A DNA stretch of 54,823 nt from Basidiobolus meristosporus CBS 931.73. Lineage: Eukaryota; Fungi; Basidiobolomycota. Shown here piece by piece: positions 1-11,945 of this stretch. A program made the position numbers and the translations under genes. The DNA lies in assembly GCA_002104905.1 (NCBI GenBank), contig MCFE01000596.1, positions 1 through 54,823 on the forward strand, read 5' to 3'. Numbering within the stretch: the stretch's first letter is position 1; the number at the start of each line of letters is the position of its first letter. The notes beneath the pieces were generated by a model that saw nothing but the letters and a program-made list of their open reading frames with translations, did not search any database and was not told where the DNA came from.

Positions 1-349
1 CCTTATATGGCAAAAAACTTGACGGTATTTCAACAGCCTCACAGCAAGACTCTGATGGCACTATTATGGCAGTATGGTGGCCTACAACTAGACCTGCATA
101 ATGCTACCATATCAGTTTACCAAATAGTATTTCCTTTTTCTACCTCCCCTTGGGCAATTCATGTATTCCTCTGTAGAATCACCCCTCTTTATTTGGTTGC
201 CCACTACTACCTTGAGTATGCCACATATAGTTCAGATCAAAAAGATATGGCCTCCCGCTTACTAACCTCTACAAACATGCACACCTGCCATAGTTGAAAT
301 ACTTCTATCACCTCAACTTTATGACTATTTAGCAAGATACTTGCAAAGT

Positions 350-3071
350 TACCATATACATCTTGCATACATATGCTTGGTTGTTGCCACTTCTGCCAGG
401 ATTACTTTCTGAGCATCCCCAAAGAACTTCTTGGCATTATCTGCCATGAATACCTCCTGAATATCTGCAAAGAACATCTTGGTATTTAGCCAATATGTTC
501 CTTCTCCCTGCTGCATTCTAGTCCCCCTTATAGGTAAGCTTGGGCTCTTGTTTGTGTAAATTCCATATTGCATACTGTAGGACTCGGCTTGTGAACATGA
601 GAAATCTGGCACACCTTGGTAGAGTTTTCCAAATAAAAATTAGTTGCTTGTTGTACACAATGCAGCTTTGCATTTCTTAACTGATTACCCATGCATTGGG
701 CTGCTTAGCTTCCTAATGCCATAAGCATAGGTGTCTCTATGTGCACTTCTGTCCTCAGTATTTTCTAACTCTTCCTGGCTGTCCTCCATGTGCCAACTCA
801 TTACATGCATGATGGACTTGAAGGTAATATTCATGATAAGATTTATTTATATGGTAGTACTGGCAACTCAACTTGTCTTCCTGTCTCCCCACACATCTGC
901 TCCACAGGAAACTCCCAAAAGGTGAAGCAAGACCAAACATTATCCCCACACCAAGCAAGATGGAGTGGAGAATGGATACAGTAGCAGCAGGGATCTACAT
1001 GTGCAGCTTTATGTTAGTAGTATAGTTGCTCAAATCCTATTAGAAACTCCTTGCACAACTGCAGTAGACAGGTCAAGTTGATATTGGTAATCCATTTCTG
1101 GATAAATATTCCTACAATGTCCACACATGACTTGCATTGCTTCCAATGTACTGTTGGTAGGAATAGCATCAGAACACCACTTGAATGAATACATATCCAG
1201 TTCATTCAGTCTTTGCATTTGTATTATTGCATATGTGTATGAATACAGATTGGAGCCCATAAGAAGTACTTAGGGTATCAGACACTCTGTAATATCTTGA
1301 CAATTCTTTGAAAATTCTCTGGTATCTCAAAGGGCTCATTTAGCTTGAAATGCCCCATGTACAACTTGATCCTCAGTATAGGGTCATTGTTGAAAAGCAA
1401 GTGCATTGCTCTCAGTGGACAGCTTTTGCTCCAGCAGATACCCTCTATCTGAAGTATCTCTGGTGTCTGATTGATCTATATTCTTGCCAATGGCTTATAG
1501 CTTACCAACTTTGCTACAATTGCATGCTGACTTCTGTACATTCTCCTTGTGGAAGATGATGTTATTAGTGCTGGTGTTTGAGTAATGATAATGTGTGTGA
1601 GTTATGGAGTAAGTCCCCTAGATCTCACACATTCAACAGCAATACTGTTCACTATGCCCAGAAAAGCCAGCTATCTTGATGATGGCTGGGGTATCTCCAA
1701 TGCAAATACTAATATGCACTCTTGCATGATGGCCATTTACTGTTATTCTACTGGAAAGCATACAAAGTTCATCCAGCAATGGATACCGGTAGCTATCCAG
1801 GTTGTACAGTGATTTAGGCCCAAATACCGGTGAGACTACCATCAGATTATTGCTCTGATACCATAAGATGGGTGGCAGATTCAGATAGATGAGAATTAGT
1901 GGCCAGCAGGATTTGCTGGCAGAGTACTTGTTTAATTAGATTCCATCAAGTGCTAAGGCAAAGGCATGGTCCTACATACCTTCAAAGTAGCCCTTGTGTC
2001 TTAGCTGTTTGTATTGTTTGCCATGGAATACATTTGATATGTTTGCACCTGATTGATACTGAGTGCAATAGTGTAAGGCTTTCCGGTATTTGTCAGACTG
2101 CATTAGCTTCCTCACATTTGGTATTACCAGATGTATCCAGATTGTTAACAATGCTTTCCCTCAGTGGTGTTACAAGTCTTGGTATAAGAGTTGTAGAGGA
2201 ATAGGGAGATTAGCTAGCATTGTATTCACTAAAATATGAACTAATTTTTATTGAGGTTCCAGCAGCTCCCTATATACATTTTGTCAGGTCAATTGCAGAC
2301 TAATTGTATTTCCTAATGTAAGTTGTGGCTGATGACTCATTTGATTGCATCATCATCACCCAATAAGATCCTACTTAATATATCTATTTCTGTCTGATAA
2401 GGATCTGATGATTCATTTGCTGACTAATGCTACTGATTTCATAGATAATACTGATACACTGATAACCCAAACATATACTAATTGATTTGACTAAAAACTG
2501 ATCTAACTTAAACATTCAAGCGGCAGATCATAACAGTGGTAGTGGATTTCTGACTATTTGGACACATTGCAATGGTAGCATTTTTGGATGTGAATACCAT
2601 GCAACTGTTATCACAAGCTGGAATCAGGAGAGTCACTGGATCATATGTTGCCAGCCACATGACAGTTGTCCACTTGTGCCATGTTCATGGTAAGTTGCAT
2701 CCCAGAATGATTTTGTCAAGAAGTAGTAATAATTCCTCAAAGCCCCCATCACAAATATTAGCGGAAACACCCCACTTCTCTAGCCACAATATTACAGTGT
2801 TCACCAGTAGATGGATTGCTGGGTTCACTTGGCTCCATAAAGTACCCTTGGCATTTGTTTCAACAGGTGTTGTCTCATTTTATATTGGGATTTGGCCTGG
2901 CTCAAACATAATACTGTTGTTAAGGGAGATAAGCTCACAATCCATCAGTGAACCTTCTTTGTCAGAGCTATCAATCTGCATGCCAAACTCAGAAGGCTGA
3001 GGTGAGCCCAAAGGTGTCACAAACTCACCTGACTCAGTTTCCACAAGGTGACAAAGATGGCCAGGGACCAA
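350..3071 (-). pseudogene. Tnp2-family transposase pseudogene (many stops and frameshifts), split by a solo LTR
   Basis: ORF fragments 1633-1842, 1014-1205 and 349-612 are collinear with the plus-strand paralogue at 33.0-35.3 kb. Confidence 0.8.
2168..2535 (-). mobile_element. Solo Gypsy LTR-A with 4-bp TSD GTGG
   Basis: TGTTA...TAACA termini; GTGG on both sides. Removing the LTR and one TSD restores the spacing of the empty site in the paralogue near 33,450 (ccctcaatggtggtggattcc on its reverse strand). Confidence 0.92.
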
Positions 3072-3576
3072 TATAGAAGTATCAACTGGCCAGCAAGATA
3101 ATGTTGGCTCATTAGTGACTAATGAATGGTCAAATAAAACTTGTGTGGCAGAACACTAGCTGTGATCCTTGTAATACCTCCTATGCTACCAGTGTGCTTC
3201 ATGACTAAGAGGCTTGCTACCATAGCCACATGGTCATTTTTCTCTTCTCTTATGGCATTGAGTCAAAGTAGTCTTGTCTATGGGGCAAACTGATTGACCT
3301 TTAACAATGTAATGCTATTGTATCACTTTTTGGTCAGTACTCATGTGTATTCAAGACAGTCTTGTATTTGAGACATTGCACCTATATGTAAGTAAGAATC
3401 AATTTTGACCTGCCATAGTATGCATCATAAATACATTTGTGACCCCACATACACACATATATGTTACACTATCTCCCCTATGGCTTGACTCACTTCCATA
3501 TATATGCCACCCAAAAATAAAGCAAAGTTGTCTGGTTCACAACCAAATTCCACCACTGACAGCAGCACAAGAATGG

Positions 3577-4380
3577 TGTGGTAGGGTATACATACTTCCC
3601 ACAGACAAGTTTATTCATATAGCCATTATGATGTACTTGTCCATATTTTATCTTATCAGTAAAATCCCATTCTTCTTTTACCCATTTTATCAGTATTATC
3701 CCCATATGATGTTTGCCCTGATTAGTTATTAGCATTGGTTATCCCAGATGTTATTCAGCTTTGTAATCAGTATATATATCTACATAAGGCAAATACCCAT
3801 GTTGGTACCCATGACACATGACCTAGGTCTATGTTACCATCCCTACCGTTTCAATGCCATATATGGTACTTCTATGTTGCACAGGTTTCAGAATACCACT
3901 CCCTGATTGGTTGGATGTGCTATGCCTTTTAAAATTTTCTAGGATATTCTTGGCATATTTTTAGCCCATTGTGATGCCATCAAGAATTCCACTGATGCTT
4001 GGAATCTTCTAGAACCTTGTCATTAGTAATCACTTGGCAATCAGACAAAGTACGTAAGGTAAAGAAATCCCTCATTAATAAATCATTGCTTCTATCAGTA
4101 AAACTTCTCCCTTATTGATTAGCTGTTGATCACTGCACCTGCCTTCCACAGTACATCTCAGACCTGCCATCAAGGAGCTTTTTAGGGTAGTGCACAAGAC
4201 ACACAGCGGCTTGTGGAGACACTTGGAGCACCTAGGAAGCTAGAGAAGGTGGAGCTTTTACCATAGTGACATATTGACAAAGACACCTGCAGTTTAGACC
4301 CAGAGGTTATTGCACCCATCAGACACCTCAAACACCTAGAGTAGTGTAGCTTCTCCCAGGAGTACTGCTATACTACCACA
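3577..4380 (+). mobile_element. LTR-C (~800 bp), probably the 5' LTR of a truncated retroelement
   Basis: TGTGGT...ACCACA termini; homologous (reverse complement) to the solo LTR at 36560-37392. Flanks ATGG/ACTG do not match; it is followed by a degenerate PBS-like actgttggacc. Confidence 0.75.
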
Positions 4381-5790
4381 ACTGTTGGACCACAGCTTGC
4401 TTTGACATTTTGTGCAACAAGTAGTGTTACATCCAAAAAAGACCATGTTGACACTGTGCCCACTGAAGATAATAATGCAGACTCCTCAGGCTCTCAGTCA
4501 GGTATGCAATTGAGAACCTCTGCAGAGCTACAAGCTGACCATTGTGCTCAGGCTGATGAGAATGTAACAAATGTGGTACCCTCAGTTGATGACTAGCAAG
4601 TGGCTGCCATAATATCACCACCACTCATATTAGCAAGTATGTTGTAAGCTCATACCAAAGCATTATTGAAGCAATTAGGTGTAGTGGTTGAAAGGATATA
4701 TGCAATGGCCCAGAGAAATCAGGAAATAGTCCAGAAACAGGATGAGCAAATAATACATGTAGAGCAATCAATATCTCAGTTAGAGGAAGCAATATCATTG
4801 CTGCAAAGAAGGAACTCAAGTAGCTCAATCTTATAGCTAAGAATTGAGCCATCTCCCAATGAAATGATGCAGGAACACCATACAGTCTTTGAAGCACAAC
4901 AACAGTGCCCAAAGATAAATTGTACAGAAAAGCCTATCACAGCATGGGAGGGAGACAATGTGGTGTTTGCACCAAGGCCCAAAAATCAACAAACATTGAA
5001 GATCTGTGATGCTGTTGAGTGCTATAATAAAGAGTGAGCTAATATTCAAGAGGCTGTCAGAAGTCTAGCACACCATCACCTTAAGGCCTGCATACCATAG
5101 AACCATCAGGAACTCAAGGCCAAGCAGAATGCACTTGACTTGTTCCATGAGCATTATCCTGGATTCAAACAGGTAAGCAGATTTTGGGGCCAGCTTTGGT
5201 ATGCTAAGAAAGTATCTTAAGAATAGCAGAAACCATCCAAGGCAGAAGTACAAAGGTGCCATGGCTAAAAACCAGCAGCTTCCTCAAGAGCCTGCTACAA
5301 GCAGGGCCAAAAGCTCTAAACAAGTGTCAAAGAGACATCAGGTAGCTGGAAGAGTGCCAATTAGGGACAAGCAGGCAGATATGGATGCCTCAGTGCAACA
5401 ATTATCAAGGAAAAGCATAGTACAACTCAAGAAACACTTGGTCAAAGTAGCAGTGAAGGACCTGGCAGTGATAAAAACCAGCAGATTTTACAGGAGCCTA
5501 TCACAACAGCAGTTGAGAGCTTGAACAAACATAAAAGAAATATCAGGCTGCCAGGAGAGTGCCAGCAAGCAACAAGCAGGACAATACAGATGCTTCAGCG
5601 CAGAATTTACCAAGGAGAAAGCATAACTCATTACAAGCAGCACTCAAACAAAGCAGCAGTGAAAGACCTGGCAGTGACAAAGGAAAAGGTAAAGGGAAAA
5701 TGTCTATACCATCCTGAGACAGGGAGGCATGCAAAAAAAAACTGCAGTTCTTGCCAATTAACGCCACAAGTCTGGAGCAGACTGAATCCC
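4381..5790 (+). pseudogene. Degenerate coding-like region (possible gag remnant or transposon accessory gene) with a diverged ~205-bp tandem duplication
   Basis: Purine-rich codon-like plus strand with a coiled-coil-like stretch (QEIVQKQDEQIIHVEQSISQLEEAISLLQ). Units ~5290-5475 and ~5495-5680 both end in KVAVKDLAV/KAAVKDLAV. No recognisable catalytic motif. Confidence 0.35.
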
Positions 5791-6260
5791 ACCATAGTTA
5801 AGAGGAAATACAAACAAGAAAACAATTGTTTCCACAAGAGTTGGAAGCACAGCCAGTGGAGCTACACTCCAGCAAGATAGATGAGTTTGCAGAAAAAGGC
5901 AATTTGTCTACCACAGCCTCCGCATCCTGCCTTGCTGACAGAGTGGAGATCCTGCTGACAGACAAGGCTACAATGCCAACAACTCAAAAGACTATCACAA
6001 TGCCATCAGTGGAATTTTAGAACATTAATAGGCACACCAACAGGTTGCAGCACTTCTTCAAGAGCAGTGCTCAAGAAAATGCACTTGACTATTGCAAGGA
6101 TTTATTACAAAGACTGGCAATGAGGTTCTGGACCTTGCAGTGCCAGCTGACAACCAGGATATGTGGGAACTAGTGTACAAACAGTGGCATAAAGCCATTA
6201 GGTTCCCATCAAAGTTGTGAAACCAGAGCATTACAGCAGAAATACTTATTGAGTGGTGGA
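5790..6260 (+). pseudogene. Accessory ORF2 of the Tnp2 transposon (antisense to the transposase), disrupted
   Basis: DEFAEKGNL...TQKTITMPSVEF*...HFFKSSAQENA aligns with the open ORF 23598-23993 at the equivalent position of another copy. Confidence 0.6.
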
Positions 6261-6699
6261 TTTTAATGGAGTTACTTGTTGAGTGTGGGGTTGGGCTTAA
6301 TGTTAGTGCAGGTATAGGGACTTGTATAGGTCAATACATTTGCATAGTGAGATACAGCTGAAGTTTTAATGGATATAAATCATGGTGTACACATGCAAGA
6401 TAAGAGAAACAGTTGAGTCAGGTAGTAGGGAGTGTAAAAAAGAGGCAATATCCACACAACTGTAGGAGGTGACAGAGTGTCCTGGATCATAAAGTGCACA
6501 AATTGGCCAGGAACCAATCAAAAGCCACTTATACACTGATGTGATGACAAATTTTGACTAAGTTTTGTAAAATCTGGGGTGCAATTATTATTCAACAGTC
6601 TCTGGACAGTGTCCTGACCAGATCAATACCTCTGAGTCACAGAACTTGAAATTTGTGACAGCCTTTTGACAGGATCATTATAATAATTTTTCATAGGGG

Positions 6700-8147
6700 A
6701 TGCTGTCATAATGCTGGCAGCTTAGAATCAATTACCCTCATTATAATTTCATGATGCAACATGACAGTATTTTGCTGTTTTTACTACTAAATAGGTTAAT
6801 AAGCTTGACAGTGTTTTAGCTGCTCTTAGTCAGTAATTGCATGGAATTCTGACAGTCTTACTGCAGTCTATATTGATTTAGCAGACCCAGCTAGCCAATA
6901 CATGCAAATGCTAAATATGGAAAAAACTTGATGGTTTTTTGATGGCTGTGATGTGAACATCTGTTAGCATTATAATGGCAGTACTACAGCCTGCAGCTAG
7001 TACTGTATGATGCTACAGCATCAATTAACCAAATGGTATTTTCTTTTTCTACCTCCTCCTGCACCATTCATATATTCTACTGTGGACTCACCCTCCTATA
7101 CTTGCTTACCCACTAGTCCAGGGGCATTCAACATCTAGCTCTTGTCATAAAAATTATGGCCTCCTGCATGCTAACCTCCACATACACACACCAGCTGCAA
7201 TTGACACACTTTTATCACCACATCTTTATGGCTTTCAGTGTAATATTTGCAAAGTTGCCCTATAGCATACATTGCTGGTAACACATATATCTTGCAAGCA
7301 TATTCCTGATTGCAACCACTTTACCTGTGAATACCTCCTGAATATCAATAAAGTACTCCTCAGTACTTAGCCAAATATTCCCACTCCCTGCTGTATTCTA
7401 GTCTCCATAGTAGGTATACTTTGGCTCTTATTTGGGTGACCTCTGTGTTGAACAGCGTAGATATTGGCTAATGGCCAGGAGAAACCAGGCCATACTTTTA
7501 TAAGGTTGTCTAATAAAGTCAAGTTGCTTGTTGTGTCCAACCCAACCTTGCATTACTTAGCTGATTACCCATGCATTGGGGCTGCTTAGCTTCTTAATGC
7601 CAAAGGCATAGGTATCTCCAAGTGCACATCTGTGCTCAAAATTTTCCAGCTCTTCCTGGCTGTCCTCCATGTGCCAGCTCATCACATTTATAATGGACCT
7701 GAAGGTTATGCTGTTGCTGAGATTGGGATAAGGAAGTGCAGCAACTTAACATGCCTTCTGTTCTCACCTCACATACACTCTATAGGAAATTCCTAAACGG
7801 TGAGGCAAAGCCCAATATTCTCCATACACCATGCTAGAAGAAATAGAGAATGGATACTGTAGCAGCTAAGTTCTATGTGCTCAGCTCTATGCTTGTAGTA
7901 GAGCCACTCAAGCCCCATCACTAAATCCTAACATAAAAGCTGTTGATGTGATAAATTGGCATGAATGATACTATTCTAGATAAGCATCCCTTTAATATCA
8001 ACACATGACTCCCAATACTTTCAAAGTATTCTTGGTGGAAATGACTCTATAAGGCCACTTGAATAAATACATATCTGTTGATCTAGTCCTTTTGTTTGTA
8101 TTGTTGCATATTCATTTGAATACTGATTGGAGTTTTCTCAACCTACT
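6700..8147 (-). mobile_element. Tnp2/CMC transposon copy, 3' part (transposase C-terminal remnant plus subterminal region)
   Basis: Collinear with ~60-1250; its 3' subterminal region is cut by the terminus of copy 1 at 6699. Confidence 0.75.
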
Positions 8148-9240
8148 TTCCATATAAAAATAATTTGATCATGCAGGTGGATACAATCCAGATCAACTGC
8201 TAAGGTCCCATAATGAGGCTATCAGAATCTTGTCAGCTTGGAATTATTGGCTCTCTTTAAAGCCTTATGATGCAACATGCCAATAGTTTGCTGATTTTAC
8301 TGCTAAATAAATAAATCATACTTGACTGTGTTCTGGCAGTCCATGGACAGGATTTGAATGGCATTTTAGCAGTCCTATTGCAGTCTACACATATCTGAGC
8401 AGACTCAACAGGCCAGTATCTAATGCATATAAGAGAAAAACTTGACGGCATTTTGATTTCCTTGATGGGGAAAACGGTTAGCAGTATATTGGCAGTATGT
8501 TGGCCTATAGCTACTACTGTATAAAGCCAACATAACAATTTACCAAATGGTATTTCCTTTTGCTACCTCCTGTGGTACTGTTAATCTATTCTGTAGCAAG
8601 GTAACCCCATAATACTTGCTTACCAACTACTATTGTGGGTACTTCACATATAGTTCATATCAAAAACAACTATGGACTCCTGCTGACTAACCTCTAAATA
8701 TGTGCACACCCACTGTGATATACACACTTCTATCACCTCAGCTTTATAGCTTTTCAGTGTACAATATTTGCAGAGTTGCCATTTACCTTGTTTTGCTGAT
8801 GACATATATATCTTGCAAACATATGCTTGGTTGTTGCCACTTTTGCCATGAGTATCTCTTGAATATTCTCAATACACTTCTTGGTACCTAGCCTGCATAT
8901 TCCTTCTCCCTGCTGGATTTTATTCACCCTTGTAGGTATGCTCTAATTCTTGTTTGTATGAATTTTGAACTGAATCATGTAGCAATTGACATGTACTCAG
9001 GAGAAGTCTGGCATACTTTATGAAGTTGTCCTAATAAGAATAATCTGCTTATCACAATCAACCCAACCTTGCATTGGGGCTGCTTAGCTTCTTAATGCCA
9101 AGGGCCTAGGTGTTATCATATGCACTTTCATCCTCAATATCCCCCTACTCTTCCTGGCTGTCTTCCATGTGCCAACTTATTAAATCCATAACAGATTTGA
9201 AGACATCATTGTTAATGAGATTGTGACAAAGTAGTACCTG
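8148..9240 (-). mobile_element. Tnp2/CMC transposon copy, 3' terminus plus transposase C-terminal remnant
   Basis: Degenerate TIR (tccatataaaaataatttg) followed by ggtggatacaatccagatc, matching the 3' end at 41,710-41,756; body collinear with ~1-850. Confidence 0.72.
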
Positions 9241-9259
9241 AAGCTTGACCAAATCCCTT

Positions 9260-9307
9260 GGATCTGGCATATATACCACCTAACTTAGTAACTTTGATCT
9301 TTACATG
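9260..9307 (+). mobile_element. Left part of an old Copia LTR-B split by the outer Gypsy insertion
   Basis: ccacctaacttagtaactttgatctttacatg joined to 22844 onward (one CATG copy kept) restores LTR-B spacing exactly (29 nt between gatc and gaatac in both). Confidence 0.75.
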
Positions 9308-9675
9308 TGTTACAAGTCTTGGTATAAGAGTTGTAGAGGAATAGGGAGTTTAGCTAGTATTGTATTCACTAAAACTTGAACTGATCTTTATTGAGGTTCC
9401 AGCAGCTCCTTATATACACTTTGCCAGATCAATTGCTGACTAATTGTATATTCTAATGTAGGCTGTGGCTGATAACTCATTTGATTGCATCATCATCACC
9501 CAATAAGATCCTACCTCATATATCTATTTCTGTCTGATAAGGATCTGCTGATTCATTTGCTGACTAATGCTACTGATTTGATAGGTATTACTGATATACT
9601 GATAACCTAAACATATACTAATTGATTTGACTAAAAACTGATCTAACTTAAATATTCAAGTGGCAGATCATAACA
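9308..9675 (-). repeat. LTR-A, 3' LTR of outer Gypsy
   Basis: 368 bp, TGTTA...TAACA, adjacent to PPT on the minus strand. Confidence 0.92.
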
Positions 9676-9744
9676 TTCTCCCTTGCTAAAGATGAGAGGG
9701 TTCTCCTGAGTCTCTTTTCATGTGATATCAAAATTTTGATGGTT

Positions 9745-10112
9745 TGTTATGATCTGCCGCTTGAATGTTTAAATTAGATCAGTTTTTAGTCAAATCAATT
9801 AGTATATGTTTAGGTTATCAGTATATCAGTAATACCTATCAAATCAGTAGCATTAGTCAGCAAATGAATCAGCAGATCCTTATCAGACAGAAATAGATAT
9901 ATGAGGTAGGATCTTATTGGGTGATGATGATGCAATCAAATGAGTTATCAGCCACAGCCTACATTAGAATATACAATTAGTCAGCAATTGATCTGGCAAA
10001 GTGTATATAAGGAGCTGCTGGAACCTCAATAAAGATCAGTTCAAGTTTTAGTGAATACAATACTAGCTAAACTCCCTATTCCTCTACAACTCTTATACCA
10101 AGACTTGAAACA
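9745..10112 (+). repeat. LTR-A, 5' LTR of inner Gypsy (inverted relative to 9308-9675, 69-bp spacer)
   Basis: Reverse complement of 9308-9675 with about 4 differences. Confidence 0.93.
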
Positions 10113-11945
10113 TTGGTAGCAGTGATAACCAGAAACCTCCCTCCTGAAGAAAGAAGAAACCACCCTCAAGATGTTGGACAATCAAAAATGGAAGAATGCC
10201 ATGCAGCAAATCCTGGCCCAACAGCAACAGATACTCCAGATCCTCAGCCAGCAGCAACAAGGAATGACTACCAAGGCTCAGGGCCAGCAAAGACCTGTCA
10301 AGAGCAACTTTAGTGTGAAGGTCAACCGGTACCACGGCAGATGCAGCTTTACAGTGGTACCACAACAAGATCAGGTCAGCCACTATGATGGGATGCTCTA
10401 CAATCTCTATCTGGGATGAGTTTGTGTTGGAAATTCAGGATGCTTTTGAACCTCCACACCAGCAGACACTACTAAGAAGGAAGTTAAAGACACTCAGTCA
10501 GAAAGGAATGGTTCAAGATTACATCTATGAGTACAGATGTCTACTTGGACAAATTGAAAGAATGGACCCTGTGGATCAAGTTGAATACTTTATTGATGGG
10601 TTGAACAAAAGAACTTGCAAGGAAGTGAATTATTGAGGACTTCAGACTATTGAAGAAGCCATCAAGATTGCCATTGACTATTACTCAGCTATGTTTGGAG
10701 TTGGGAAGCCTACAGTGACTAATCAGAAAGGCTACAATCATTATGAAAGAAGACAGTCAGAAGCAGTACCAATGGAAATAGATGCCATGCAGAAGAATCC
10801 TACCTCAGAAGAATGTAAGGAGAAAGGGCTTTGCTTCATTTGCCACCAGCAAGGACATATTGCAAAGTACTGCCCTCAGAGAAGAAATGGACACCAACCA
10901 TCAAGAACCTTTAACCATATTGAGTCCCATGAACACAGTAATGTGGAGGATGAGCTTCAAGAAGACTTGGAACTCACCTTCCATATGACAGAAGAGTACT
11001 TGTCCCAAATGACCTCAAACTCAGGGAAGTTACTGTACTTAAATGGAGTAATCAATGGAGTACCTGCCAAGATCATGATTGACTTGGGATCATTGCATGA
11101 GTACATGTCAGAGCAATTTGCTCTGAAGGCTGGAATCAACTTGGAACCAACCAAATCAACTTCAGTCTTGACAGCTGATGGGAACTCTCACATAATCAAC
11201 TGTATTACTCAGCCAGTAAGGATGAAGACCAATGACTATGAAGAAGTTCTACAGGCCTACATATTTGGGAACTGCAAGTTTGACCTTGTACTTGGGAAAA
11301 CCTGGCTATTTTGTTGTAATCCATCAATCAACTGGAGAACCCATGCTACTCAGATCCAGAAGGACAACAAGACCTATGAACTATTACCTGCCAGACTGGA
11401 TTTCAACTTGTACAATTCCAGCATGTGTGAGACAAGTGAACTTAGCAAGACCCAGTTTTGTAGAGCACTTAGAAAAGGTACCCAGATGTTCCTCATGGCA
11501 GTATTACAGGAGGATTCCTCTACCCCAGCACCCCAGCAGGTCCAGACTCTGTTGAAGAAATATTCAGACATGTTTCTGTTGAAATATTGGACTATTTGGT
11601 ATCATTCAGCAGCTAAAAATTTACTTAACAATTCTAGGCTAGTCTTAGTCACTGTAGGACTCATTTACTGCCTTAACTTCGCCACTTTCTCCAGATATAT
11701 GATCTTATGATTATTCCCCTATAGTCAGGATCAAATTAGCACTATTACCAAACAATATGTACTAACCCTGAAACTGTTACAGAATGCTCCTGAATATTGA
11801 GAAACCCTCCCTACTTAGTGTTGCAGCTGTATTACTTCTACAAAGGTATAAATACTGAGCTTCTTTATGAATAAACAATAGTTCAACTATTATCACTATT
11901 TCTTGATAAATTCCTTATATCCAAATCACTTCTTAAATTGCAACA

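Larger units (their letters stand above)
1..6699 (-). mobile_element. Tnp2-family (CACTA/EnSpm, CMC) DNA transposon copy 1, degenerate, runs off the window start; contains nested LTRs
   Basis: Minus-strand Tnp2-like fragments (VFGPKSLYNLDSYRYPLLDEL...IGDTPAIIKIAGFSGHSEQYCC; WMNWICIHSS). 5' terminus ATTTTTCATAGGGG at 6686-6699, with ~300 bp homologous to the 5' end of the copy at 32692. Confidence 0.8.

Noticed and set aside
5695-5750. CLYHPETGRHAKKNC as a gag zinc knuckle
   Set aside because: The frame is uncertain in this decayed region and the spacing is atypical; not enough to call gag.
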